Positions 1 to 12,934 are shown, numbered from the stretch's first letter. The stretch is 64,000 bases of DNA from Octopus sinensis (GCF_006345805.1 NC_042997.1:178746001-178810000), one strand, 5' to 3'. Made by a program: numbers and translations. Notes: generated by a model not told the origin, from the letters alone.

Positions 1-927
1 CTTCTTCTTCTACTGATATATATTAATATTTTAAAACGTACTAAATCTCTAAGAGATACTATATCCTGATGAATACCGTAGTAAATTAGCCTTTTCATGA
101 TGTATCAAATTCAAGTATGATATACAGATCGCTATCTGTAAACTAATACAGTTTTTGTTGCACACAATGGAAAATACAATGAGACAGAATTTGCATTGGA
201 TATAGGTTACCATTTGATCAGGAAATAAACGATACTTTAGTGTAACTGGGGAAAACTACTAAATGAAATTCAACAATGTTTCTTGCCGAAGAAAGTCAAT
301 GTCTCGTAAAATTTAAGTAAAACATATTTTACCTTAACTGTGTATGGCACACATTGTAAATGGTAAGAATACGTGAACTATTTGAATACTTTCTAGAAAT
401 ACACTGTCGAATTTTCGATATCATTTATGGTAGTACTAGTGAAAAATAAACTAACGCGTGCTAACTTTTATGTATGTATGTATGTATGTATGTATGTATG
501 TATGTATGTATGTATGTATGTATGTATGTATGTATGTATCTCTCTCTCTCTATATATATATATATACAAATACATACATAGATATATACATATATATATG
601 TATATATACTTATATATACATAAATATATGTACATACATATAAAAAACATATATATATATATGCATACATATATATGCAAACATATATACATGCATATAC
701 ATACATATAGATATATACATACATATATCATATATATACAAATACATATACATATATATACACACATATTTATATACATACACATATCTATGTATATATA
801 CCTAAATATATACACGTACAATATATACACATATATAGGGAGAATTCACAAAAGAACACAAAAGACGAAGACAGGTGGTGTAGACAACAAACAGATGTAT
901 TAGTATAACGCTTGGGAAATGAAAAGT

Positions 928-963
928 CTTTAACGTTTCGAGCGTACGCTCTTCTACAGAAAG
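928..963 (-). ncRNA. Degenerate Penelope-type minimal hammerhead motif
   Basis: CUUU-CUGUAGA-A-GAGC(GUAC)GCUC-GAAA-CG-UU-AAAG; A6 is U and the triplet is GUU. Confidence 0.4.
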
Positions 964-1021
964 GAACACAGAAAGAAACAAGGAGCGAAAATAAAATATG
1001 TGTAGTTGCTAGCGATCTATC

Positions 1022-1064
<43 letters not shown>

Positions 1065-1189
1065 ATATATATATACACATATAAATATACTTATATATGC
1101 ACATATATACATATATATATGTATGTATATATATATGTATATACTTATATATATAGACATATGTATATACATATATATATATATATTAT

Positions 1190-1277
<88 letters not shown>

Positions 1278-1959
1278 CTCTGTGTGATGAGTCTCACCAA
1301 TTAACCAAAAAGTCTATAAAAGATACTGGAAAATTAAAATGTATGCGGTAGAACAGAATCACTATTGTAGAAATGTCTTAATTTTCGTTCAAAGTCGAAG
1401 TGAATTGTAGCACGAAAATTACGATTATATTGATAAATCCCATGAAAATTGATACTTGAAAAATTAACAAGTGTATGTTAAGGTAATTCCTAAAATAATG
1501 GAGGTACTCGAAGCTATATAATGTTTTCCCCATATATCGTCATAATATTAGTAAATCGTAAAAATTTGGTATTAGAAATACTCTGCTGCTTATTCTAAGA
1601 AAATTATTTTCTCGAATCCTCAGCTAACATTGAACATTTAGACATCGGCAAACTTTTTACAACACAAAGCTGTATAAATAAAACACGTAGACCTCTTGTA
1701 CATAAAGAACAAAATCGTTAAATTCTCTATTTAATTTTAGCATGGGTCCCAAACACTCAGCACACGTTAGTGATTATAAAGGTTTGTTTCCATCGATTAA
1801 AATAAAATGTTCTCACACAGGAGGTTGATACAGTCTTTGCATAACGGCAATCCACAAACGAATGACAGAATCCAGAATATCTACATCTTTTGCTATAGAC
1901 CGATTCAGATACAAGTAAGAAAGATTGTCAAGCTTAGAAAATCCTGAAATGCGTCTTAC

Positions 1960-2038
1960 CTGGGGCATCCACACTATAGCTCCTGTAGACTTGACGACGA
2001 CAAGAGCCTCTCGGTGTTCTTCGGTTCGCTCATCTGCA
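1960..2038 (-). CDS. nAChR-like subunit, 79-nt exon preceding the Cys-loop
   Basis: Reads (Y)ADERTEEHREALVVVKSTGAIVWMPQ. Acceptor tttacag|; its first T completes the TA|T Tyr codon from the previous exon. Donor CAG|gtaaga. Confidence 0.93.
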
Positions 2039-2432
2039 CTGTAAATAATCGCAAATTGTAACAAATAAAGGTCTGACGTAAACTTTGGAAACATAGCATT
2101 CACGCAAGTTATAATTTGTCTGTTATAAGGAATATTAGGAAATGCATAAAGCTATATGACGAATCTACAGTAACTATCACACCATTTTTATAAATGCAGA
2201 AATGCTCACTTTGTTCTCTTATATGTAAGTACACATTTTGCTAAATTTTGTACGACTTTTTCATTTCAACCTTTTCACGCTTATTCGTTCATTCCTCTCT
2301 TCGTTCTTTCTCCACATCGATATTCTTCCCTGTTTTTGTGAAAACTCTGTATCTCTGCCGTAAGGCTTCATTTCTACACACGCCACCTGAATTCAATTCG
2401 TCCCCAGTCGAAAGACACCTGTTGTTATGTCC

Positions 2433-2486
<54 letters not shown>

Positions 2487-2546
2487 CATTATTATTATTA
2501 TTAATTTTATTGTTGTCCGGATGTTTTGTGTTCTAGTCTCATTTTG

Positions 2547-2588
<42 letters not shown>

Positions 2589-2782
2589 AGGCATGAATAC
2601 GCGCCTGTATGTCCGTTTCTATATGTTTGTGTGTGTGTTTTCCCCCGAGAGAGTTCATTCATATTGGATAGGTTGTGCATGGTTAGGATGAAGTCAACGT
2701 TTATTGTGCAGTGGAATAAATCTGCCACGTAACCATGTGACCAACAACCAGTGGTCATTTATATTCAGAAATGGTGACGAGC

Positions 2783-3210
2783 AAGGCAGCTAGCTAGCAG
2801 AAACGTTAGCGCACCGGACGAAATGCGTAGCGTTAGTTCGTCTGTCTTTACGATCTGAGTTCAAATTCCGCCGAGTTCACTTTGCCTTTCATCCTTTCAA
2901 GGTTGATTAAATAAGTACCATTTACGCACTGAGGTCGGTTTAATCGACTTAATCCGTTTGTCTGTCCTTGTTTGTCCTCTCTGTGTTTAGCTCCTTGTGG
3001 GTAGTAAAGAAATAGAAATAGGTATTTCGTCTGTAGCTACATTCTGAGTTCAAATTCCGCCGAGTTCACTTTGCCTTTCATCCTTTCAGGGTTGATTAAA
3101 TAAGTACCATTTACGCACTGGGGTCGGTTTAATCGACTTAATCCGTTTGTCTGTCCTTGTTTATCCTCTCTGTGTTTAGCCCCTTGTGGGTAGTAAAGAA
3201 ATAAGAAATA
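2783..3210 (+). mobile_element. SINE family B (Nin/Deu-like core), one full copy plus a tandem 5'-truncated copy
   Basis: The block ctgagttcaaattccgccgag..tttgcctttcatcctttc..gattaaataagtacca occurs twice in tandem. The GCCTTTCATCCTTTC..GATAAA..AGTACC core resembles the Deu/Nin SINE domain as I recall it. Confidence 0.85.
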
Positions 3211-4047
3211 GTGACGAACATCGTCATTATTGGCACTTTTTATGTTCCTAGTTAAGGTTGAAATATAACATTTTGATATCATTATCAATAGAAGCGGTAA
3301 TCTGGCAGAAGCGTTAGTGTTTCGAAATAAATTCTTTGCAGTATATATTCCAACGCTTAAACAAGTTTTTGCGAGGTCAAATTTGCTTTTGATTCTTCTG
3401 AGTTCTATATAATACAGGACTAGTCAAGCAGTATAGGGTTGAATGTAATCAATTAGCTCTCTCATACACACGAAACAGCGGCCTTGTACTTAAACAAGAA
3501 ACCATTCTAAAAAATAGTATTTGAAGTGGTACCCAGCAGAAACGTCAAATCTTCGGAGAAACTGAAAATAACTCGCTGTATTTTGTCACTTTTATTTTTG
3601 CATGCGTCAAGTTTAAATTACACCGAGGTCAACATTGCATTCCTCCTCTTACACCACCTCCTCCTCCTACATCTCCTCCTCCCCTCGCCTCCTCCTCCCC
3701 TCCCCTCCCCCCATCCTCCTCATCATCAACAACAACAACCTCCTAAACATTAGTCTCGATCCTAGGATTCATACACCCAATTTCCAGGTTTCTATGGCAT
3801 CTGTGGCGGGGCTTACAGCTGAGTGGGCTGGAACAACGTGAAATAAAATGTTTTGTTGAAGAACACAACGCACCGGGGGTCAATACAATAAGGTATCAAC
3901 TAATTACTGAGTAGATATAATGGATTAACTCCCTTCGAAATTTCTGGCCTTGTGTCTAAATTAAAAACAATATATTTTTTTGTATAAATTATCTGATATG
4001 TAATTTTTCTTCTGATTTGCAATAAGTGGAACATTCAATTAGGGAAC

Positions 4048-4456
4048 AGGCGTAGGAGTGGCTGTGTGGTAAGTAGCTTGCTTACGAACTACATGGTTCC
4101 GGTTCAGTCCCACTGCGTGGCACCTTGGGCAAGCGTCTTCTACGATAGCCTCGGGCTGAACAAAGCCGTGTGAGTGGATTTGGTAGAGAGAAACTGAAAG
4201 AATCCCGTCGTATACATGTATATGTGTATATGTATGTATGTATATATGTTTGTGTGTCTGTGTTTCTGTGTTTGTGCGCCCCTCCCAACATCGCTTGACA
4301 ACCGATGCTGGTGTGTTTACGTTCCCGTAACCTAGCGGTTCAGCAAAAGACCGATAAAGAAGTACTAGGCTTACAAAGAATAAGTCCTGCTCGACTAAAG
4401 TTGGTATTCCAGCATGGCCACAGTCAAATGATTGAAACAAGTAAAAGAGTAAAAGA
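4048..4456 (+). mobile_element. SINE family A, full length (tRNA-like head, internal TA/TG microsatellite, GAAACAAGTAAAAGAG tail)
   Basis: A box TGGCTGTGTGG and B box GGTTCAGTCCC; same sequence recurs several times in the window. Confidence 0.9.
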
Positions 4457-5875
4457 GAGAGTGAAAGAGAGATAGAATACTTTAATGTTCATTGTAAAGC
4501 ATAAGGTAAAGGCTCGATTTCAGCTAAAGTTTAGTCTTCTGTATTGCATAGTAAACTTTTTTCACTCTTCCTTCGTCTGTGTTAATTTTCAATGTAAAGC
4601 AGAATGTAAAGGTTCGAATTTTGTTAAATTTCCTTGTTTTCTATTTTTTCTGTTTCCCCCTCATCCGCAGAGATACGTTTGAACATCTTTATATTTTTCA
4701 CATACTGCTCTTGGAAATTAAGTTTATGTTACTAATGAATTATTGACAAAGTAAGACTTTCAACATTATGTTTAAACTTAGCAGGGCAGGTAGGACTGCA
4801 AAAATGTCGAACCAGATGTTTTGTGGTAATTTGTTCTAGTTCTTTTTATTTTGTGTACAAGTGCCACCATGGCCGATTTATACGGCACACTTAATCTGGC
4901 AATCGGTTTAAGACAACTTTGGTAGATTTTAGAGGAATTCACTATGTCGCAAGAATTCGATCCAGCTTTCAGTTTGATGATATCTTTCTACTAGGCTCAG
5001 AGTCTCTGTAACAGGTTATGGGTACTGCTTTCCCGAGTGATTTAAATATAATAAAGCACACAGAGCGATACAGGAGAAATAGAATGAAACATGAGAGCGA
5101 ACAGAAATTTCTTTATCTATCAAGCTCGTCACAGTCAGTAGCATTCAAATGTTTTTCATCGAAGAAATTCATTCAAACTGCTAAGGGTTTAATTTACGGA
5201 ATATTGATGAAATCAACCCCTTTTGAGCACTGGAATTAATCTATTGCAACACAAAGTCCCATATCTGCCCAACAACCAAAGGCCGTTTACTGTCAGATAT
5301 GGTGACCAAATTCTACGTATTTTAAAAAAATTTCCTATACAATAGGATAAGTAGACCTCAAACATTAGGTATAGTTTTCCTTAAGTTAATGTTTTGTAAG
5401 CTGTAGAATACTTAGATGTTTTTGGTGCGATTGGCGGTTGACGAGAGGATAGACGTAATTAGATTTTTTTCTTTGATTAAAGATTCATAAGGGTGCGTTA
5501 ACTCCGGTCTTGCAAGCTCTCGAGATTAAGAATAACTAATTCATTTTTATAGTAAAAGAACTATAACAAACAAAGACATCTACATAATTAAGCAATGTTG
5601 ATGGCTGATGATTAATAGTTTTTTTCCCCATACAGCTTGCGTCTGCGCGCGTACACGCACACACATCTTATCTTTTACTTGTTTCAGACATTAAACTGCG
5701 GCCATGCTGCATCAGCGCTCTGAAATAGTTTTAGTCTAATGAATCAACTCCAGTATTCATTTTATAAGTCTGGCATTTATTATAACGGTGTCTTTTGCCG
5801 AACAGCTAAGTTACGAATACATAAACACAGCAACACTGCACCTGCGCCCAAAAAGTCACGCCATATGTGTGTGTG

Positions 5876-5937
<62 letters not shown>

Positions 5938-6062
5938 ATATATATAAAAGGCCAGTAACAGGTTGCTTAGCCACATACCGAAAAATTAGAAATAGCAGCC
6001 AAAGACTGCTTATTTCTATATATATATATATATAACTATAAATATATATATATATATAACTA

Positions 6063-6395
6063 TAAATTGAAACAGAAAACCTACGAACGGTAACCCGATA
6101 TCCCGTCAGGCCCTCCCGTATTAAGAGCCTGGAGGAGAGGAACGAAGTGAGGAAGAGGCAGACAAAGACGAAGAACAAGGAAGTAGTAGTAGTAGTAGTA
6201 AACGAAAGATGAAAGGTGTTATGCCAAAAACGTCATGAAGAGTATGATGCTAATAACGAGAATAGGTCAAAAGATGGGCAGTGAGAGCGCCATGACAGCC
6301 TTCACATTATTATACACCCTATTAATAAAGCATATTACTCTAACTCCAATATTCGAGTACTATTTTTTCCCACCTTGTTTCAAATTTATATACTT

Positions 6396-6427
<32 letters not shown>

Positions 6428-6628
6428 CCAGAATAAGTATATAATTTGAAACAAGGTGGGAAAAAATAGTACTCGAATATTGGAGTTAGAGTAATATGCT
6501 TTATTAATAGGGTGTATAATAATGTGAAGGCTGTCATGGCGCTCTCACTGCCCATCTTTTGACCTATTCTCGTTATTAGCATCATACTCTTCATGACGTT
6601 TTTGGCATAACACCTTTCATCTTTCGTT

Positions 6629-6673
<45 letters not shown>

Positions 6674-6790
6674 CTTGTTCTTCGTCTTTGTCTGCCTTTT
6701 CCTCATTTCGTTCCTCTCCTCCAGGCTCTTAATACGGGAGGGCCCGACGGGATATCGGGTTACCGTTCGTAGGTTTTCTGTTTCAATTTA
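6063..6790. repeat. Long near-perfect inverted repeat (arms 6063-6395 and 6435-6790)
   Basis: By manual comparison the arms differ by 3 A/G substitutions, 1 indel and the (TAG)n length. Confidence 0.95.
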
Positions 6791-7591
6791 CCGGCGGCTG
6801 TCCCACTGTATCTTCAGTTTACCTGGCTGTCAGAAACAGGTGCGATGCACTGGTGTCATTTCCTTCTAGCCAGAATGGTATTTAATGATTTCTGATTTAG
6901 ATTTCCGTTCTGGCACTGAAGCAAACCGCCGCGTTTTTAATTAATGCATTTTTTAAAGGTTTATAATCTTTATGGATATTTTTCATGTTTACTTTTCCGA
7001 AATTCAGCCGGGAGCAAATACATAATTTCATTAAAAAAAGATAGTTCTCTTTGGGTACTCTCATGAAGCAATCCATAATTTAAAGAGATTCGGAGGCGTT
7101 TTAATACACATATAATTTATGCTGAGGGGTGCCTGGATGTAGTCAACGAATGGCCTCTATATGTGATCATTTGATTTGCTAGAAACTGCAGCCAATTTTC
7201 CATCAATTTACACTGCCTTGTTTTTACCTCTTTGTTTTTAGAATTAGCATATGTGATAATAGCTGAATAAAAAAATTGAAAAAAACTCCCGATAAAACAA
7301 AGACCATGATTGATAAGGGAGTTAAAGCAGGGTTAAAAAAGAACAACAACAATACTGAATATCAGACGCATCAGAGATTTTTTTTAAAGTTGTTGTCGTC
7401 GACCCTCTCCCTGTCAGTGAAGCAGTCATAGTTCTCTCCTTCTAACTTTTCTTCCTCTATCTTTCTTCTCCCCTTCTTATTACCATGGTTCACAGTTTTT
7501 ATTCAAATAATTATGGATATAAGTGTGAAACGAAAGGACTCTAAATATAAACAAAAATACAAATAAAAATTATACAAGTAAAATTACTTAC

Positions 7592-7701
7592 TAATTATAA
7601 AGTTTAAAGTCAGGTTTCCATACTTTATCTTGGTGGATTCGTACGTTCGTCACACCGCCATATTGTGCTGGATCCCAAACAAGAAACTCATCTTTCCAAG
7701 C
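7592..7701 (-). CDS. nAChR-like subunit, 110-nt exon (loop A region)
   Basis: Absent from the ORF track; translated by hand as AWKDEFLVWDPAQYGGVTNVRIHQDKVWKPDFKLYN(Y). Acceptor ttgcag| (phase 0) and donor |gtaagt (phase 2). A 110-nt exon at this position is typical of nAChR genes. Confidence 0.95.
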
Positions 7702-7971
7702 CTGCAATAGATTTATACATTATATATATTTATCATTCTGTTGATAATTATATATTTAGAAATTTCTATGCGAAATCTTTTCAATGCAAATTATCATTTC
7801 CCTTAATAAGGGAAAAAATATTTGTATGTGTCGAATATATGAGTTCGACAGAACGAAATATACCACAGTTTGCTATGAATGATTAAAATGAATACATATT
7901 TATTCTCGTTCTTTATTTGCACTATGAGTATGTTGTTAAATAATGGTTACATTACTAACCCTTTGTGCATG

Positions 7972-8019
<48 letters not shown>

Positions 8020-8036
8020 ACACACACACGCACATA

Positions 8037-8490
8037 CGTTGGGTTATCCCATAAATAATGCGTTTCTTTCAGTTGCATGAACGAAATGTCAGAGGGGGAC
8101 AGGATAAACTACCTGCATCATCTTGCTATAAAAGCAGGTAGTAATTTTACCTTGTGTTTACTCTGAGTGCATATTTTGGAGAGTGATTATTTCAAAGCTA
8201 TAATGTAAGTGACAAAGGAATATATTCGGTTTATTTATGAGTTCGATAATGCCAACAACGCACCGGAAAGTGCGAGGAATATTTATGCAGTATTTGGGGA
8301 TCGGCCAATAAGCGTAAGCCAGTGTCAACGGTGGTTGCAGAAATTCCGAGCTGGAAACTACGGTCTAGAAACAAGCCTCATCCTGGAAGATCTCTAGAGC
8401 TCGACGTGGATGTCCTGCAAACCCTGGTGGAGCAAAATCCCATTGTAACTGTTGAGGAACTAGAAGAGAAGCTGATAGGTGCTGTCCTTC
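8037..8490 (+). mobile_element. Mariner-family transposon, 5' fragment with frameshifted transposase N-terminus
   Basis: TA followed by TIR-like ttgggttatcccataaataatgcg. ORFs 8209-8397 and 8322-8504 join to give IYEF..N.PESARNIYAVFG...QRWLQKFRAGNYGLE/NKPHPGRS..LQTLVEQNP..TVEEL, an HTH pattern of Mos1/SETMAR-type transposases. No right TIR found. Confidence 0.8.
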
Positions 8491-8750
8491 CTACCCACCG
8501 ATGAAATCATCAAATAAATATGATTTCCGAAGTATTCTTAACCTTATCTCTATTGTTAAGTGTTAACTGGCCAATATGACTCGCGCAAAATGCCATGATG
8601 TTTACGCTTATATGAATTCAGATCGAACTTACGGCTAAAAATTACTAAGAAATGCCTCTTTTTATAATTTCTTCAATGTTTCCACATTTAGAAGACACTA
8701 GACATAGATTACACTAGGAAATAATAAGATAAAAAGCGACGTGAACTTAC

Positions 8751-8944
8751 ATATCTGTCCCAAACACTCAATTTAAGAATTTGATTCTTTTCATCGAGGT
8801 CCATAATTTGTATAAGTTGTATGCTAAACTTAACAGACACTGGCATGGAACTGTTACGAACTGGACGACCGTCAATTCCACGTTTTTCGTACAGTAGCAA
8901 CAAATCCCTTATGATTTTCTTTTCGTCAGGGATTTCAATGGGAG
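8751..8944 (-). CDS. nAChR-like Cys-loop receptor subunit, internal exon (mature N-terminus to loop D)
   Basis: Reads (A)PIEIPDEKKIIRDLLLLYEKRGIDGRPVRNSSMPVSVKFSIQLIQIMDLDEKNQILKLSVWDRY, with the RPV-N and LIQI-DLDEKNQ-W motifs of nAChR ligand-binding domains. Acceptor ttttcag| at 8945 (phase 1) and donor |gtaagt at 8750 (phase 0); 194 nt. Confidence 0.95.
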
Positions 8945-10864
8945 CTGAAAATAGAGAAATAGAAACAAAACATATATATTGGGGAAAAGGAAAGGAAAAC
9001 AAAGCAAAACAAACAGTTATCACAGAATAAAATAAAATCAATGGTTTTGGTAAGTTTGGTAACTAGAAGAGAAAATTTTCTGTTACTAGCAATGCAATTA
9101 TATTCCATCGACGTGGAGGTCCAAAATTTCCAATATCTGTAAAATTCAAATCTATGTCTTGAAGAAAAAAAATACATAAGGGAAATATATCTGTAAAAAA
9201 TGAGATGTTTGTGGCCGGAGTGCGACTCACCTGGGGTTAAACAAAACAAATTATCAATAGTAGATATAGAAACTGTCTGAGGTAGACGACTTTATCAATA
9301 AAAACAAATGGAGTATTCTAATATTTAAATAGGTCTAGTCTAAAATTGAAAATTAATTGCAATTTCGACTTAAAAGGAATTCATCTTTTGACATAAGTGC
9401 TGGCCAAATATTCAGAAAAGCGCCATATGATATGAGTCTATGTGTGTGTGTGTATTATATACGTATATCACATTCATATAATGCACAGTCACACACATAC
9501 ACACACGTATTCTGAAAATTGAATTAGTGTAAACAGAGTAATTAGAATATGTAAAATGTTTCAGAAAGCCTCTGTTATAGTCTAACTTTCAATGATCTAT
9601 CCTGACTTGTTAGTAAAAGCCGCCTCTCATAAGAATTCTAAGAATTTAGAGAATACAAAACGATGCATAAGCGAATCACTAAATAACACAGTATGAATAT
9701 ATTGATATTTTGCGACAGATTCTGTATACACACAAGAAAATGGTCAAAAAAGGAGTAACTGCTAATAGACTATACGTGTAACTGTATTGGTATAACATTT
9801 CTAATACAATAGTGTTTACTAGGAAAAAAAAGTGGGGAAAATTCATATATGGTGTTGATAACAATTTGTTCGAATTTCAACCAATCATATTCTCAGCTTT
9901 TGAGGGGCTAAACCTAGTTGACATTATTTTTGCATTCGAATTAAATGTATATATGCATTCGTCTTCTGCGGTATTTGATTTGAGTGAATGCATGTCATCA
10001 TTCGTAATATTTCAACTAATGTTCCGCAGCGTTTTTCGCCTCCTATTGTCATCATAAACAACCCATATCGCATATATACCGTTATATATTTATGGAGTTA
10101 TTTTTTGTTACTTTTAGTTTTCGTTCCGGTTCATTGTTAAAAAGAGCACATATCTGAATGTGATCATTTCAAATTAATCGGAGATTAAGACTAATTTGAG
10201 ATTAAGACTAATCTAAGATTAATTTCTCAAATGTCTCTTTTCTTACTTTACAAAGGGTGAAAAGTGATTTAAAAGAAATTTGGGTGATACTTCTAGGAGG
10301 CCAGTGAACGAGCAGAGTGCTCAGTGTTTCTAACTTTTAAGCATACAAATATTGTATTATGATCAAAATACTGCGTAGCTCAAGACGAAGCTTATCTAAC
10401 GATCCTGGATAATTTGTACGAAATGACTTTTATGTGGAAGAGGTTATCGCACACGTATTATACAAGTCCAAATATTAATTATGTATAAATATGTATACAT
10501 AAACACGCACACATACATTCATAAATCCACACATACATATATACATTTATACACACATATATGCATTCACAGAATCGTGCATACATACATGCATACATAC
10601 ATACATACATACATACATACATACATACATACATACATACATCCATATAATATCATGGCAGAGCTAGCCATCATCAAACACGTGTTCCAAGACATTTCTA
10701 AGGACACAGCGAGGTAAGTATGTGCCAGGACAGCTTCTTTGAGTAAACTGTTATCTCCCGGCCTTAATCTAGTTGATGATTTTTCATGTTTCGAAAAATA
10801 TTTCGATTTTTGGCTGGGATATCGTGTTTTCTTTTTATGCAAACTGTCAATTTATCCGAACACC

Positions 10865-10916
<52 letters not shown>

Positions 10917-10919
<3 letters not shown>

Positions 10920-11008
10920 GTATATTTGCCAGTTAAATGTGGCTAACCACTAAGGGTGGATGCTACTGTAGCTTGTGGTTAGCCGCATTTAACTGGCAAA
11001 TATACTTC
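10917..11008. repeat. 33-bp stem hairpin
   Basis: gaagtatatttgccagttaaatgtggctaacca / tggttagccgcatttaactggcaaatatacttc; the single difference is a G-U pair on the plus strand. Confidence 0.9.
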
Positions 11009-11057
11009 GCATTGTCGTGCAGCTACTGTTTATACTTCGTTCAGAGATTTATTATTG

Positions 11058-11121
<64 letters not shown>

Positions 11122-11325
11122 CATAAATTAAGATCCAAGGATCGCGGTGTAGGAAGAAAGTTAGCTTCAAGCAATCCGTAGTATATATATATATAAAACA
11201 ACTTTCAGGGACAATAGGGGTTTATGGAGATGGAAGGTTGTAGATTTTTTTTCTTATCGAAGCACGATAAGTTGAAAATACTTCTTGTTATATTTCACAG
11301 TAGGAGAATAAGAATACAAGAGTTA

Positions 11326-11559
11326 AGGAATGGAGTAGATAAAATCCAGGCTACATATGTTTCATGGCGAGCGGAGCCTCGGAAGTGATAAATATCCAAG
11401 CGAGGTCTATATAGCAGGCCACTCTTCAGGCCAAGAATATCTTGATCAAATGAAAGTTGCAAGGAGGTACATGTTAACACATTCCTTAGATATTTACCGC
11501 TTCCGAAGTTCTGGTCGCTATGAAATATATATAGCCCGGATCTCATCTACTCCATTCTT
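11326..11559. repeat. Old MITE-like inverted repeat (~75 bp arms)
   Basis: The arms differ at about 13 positions, nearly all transitions. Confidence 0.75.
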
Positions 11560-11711
11560 TAACTTTTATAAAAGTGTGTGTGTGTATGTGTGTGTGTGCG
11601 TGCGCGCGTGTATATATGTATGTGCGAGTGCGTGCATGCGTGTATATATGTATATATATAAATATAAATATATATATAAGTGTGTGTTTGTGTGTGTATG
11701 TGTATATAAGT

Positions 11712-11780
<69 letters not shown>

Positions 11781-12102
11781 TAGAGAAATAAAGAGAGAGT
11801 GAAAGACAAATAACTGCATATATGGAACAGGAAAGTACGAGGAAATAATACATATATATATATATTCTAATTCCTGTGTGGGTGACAGAGTGTTTGGGTG
11901 CGCATGTGTGCGGTATGTGAATGTGCTGGAGAAAGTGAATTGAAACAGTCATAAAGATATATGCCTCGATTGTACACGACAGCTAGTTTCCAGAAGCTAC
12001 CACACTTCTATCAGAATTTGCAAACAGGAAAGTGCGGCAAAAAAGAAAACAGCAATCAAAACATAAAAAAGGAAATAAAAGACAAAGAAAAACCATTTAT
12101 TT

Positions 12103-12164
<62 letters not shown>

Positions 12165-12934
12165 TACACACACATACATTCTTATATTTTTAATTTTCCG
12201 TAATATTTCCATTAAATTGTATACATTTAAAGATTATATTTGATTTACAACACTGTCAATTTGTAGATGATTATCTTTCCCTATTATCTATTATAAAATT
12301 CTAGTAAATGGTTAATAAACTATTAGGAGAATTAATGTGTTTTAGCAAAATACGTATAGTGTAATTCACGCTGGATAATACATATACGGTACAATGATAT
12401 AGTAATACACTAATGGATTCCAAACTTAAGTTTATTTGATATAATGAAAGAAAATATACCCTCGTCTGCTCATACCGCTCACTAACCGAAAATAGCCGCC
12501 ATACTTACAGACAATACATCGTCCACAATCGTAACACGTTAATATAGGTAATAAACAGTGTTTTATTTTGTTTCATTAAACATTTTGTTTATTGTTAAAT
12601 CATAAATTCTAGCTGTAAGCCATTGAGAAATAGTTCTAACATGGATTCTACAAATGTATGTATGTACACACACACACATATATGTACGTATGAATACACA
12701 TACACTGACCCATACACAAACATATATATATATATTATATATATATATATATACACATACATACATATTCATTGTGTAATCAAATAGATTTCAGAAACAA
12801 AACAGTACCGATTCAATTGATTCTAAACTTGTTAATGTTAACATGTTTATATAAAATAAATTCGTGTGTGTGTGAGTCTGTGTGTTATATTTAACTGTAC
12901 GCAAACACACACACACATATACATATACATAATG

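Noticed and set aside
427-1304. ORFs of 60-160 aa rich in Y/I/H/T/V/C/M here and throughout the window
   Set aside because: They are translations of (TA)n, (TATG)n and (CA)n microsatellites, with no splice or homology support.
6205-6245. Hammerhead-like remnant in the large palindrome (GATGAAAGG..CCAAAAACGTC)
   Set aside because: Both core segments are off-consensus; too weak to call.
1960-8944. Possibility that the gene is an octopus chemotactile receptor
   Set aside because: It has conventional nAChR introns and keeps the loop A and loop D aromatics. Chemotactile receptors are described as divergent and, as I recall, largely intron-poor.
8945-9041. Hydrophobic 'N-terminus' of ORF 8709-9041 as a signal peptide
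   Set aside because: The start is TTG, there is an in-frame stop just upstream with no ATG, and the sequence is the polypyrimidine tract of the acceptor at 8945.
10640-10870. Tc1/mariner-like terminus (ccgaacaccctgta-ta)
   Set aside because: Only one end is visible and there is no coding remnant.
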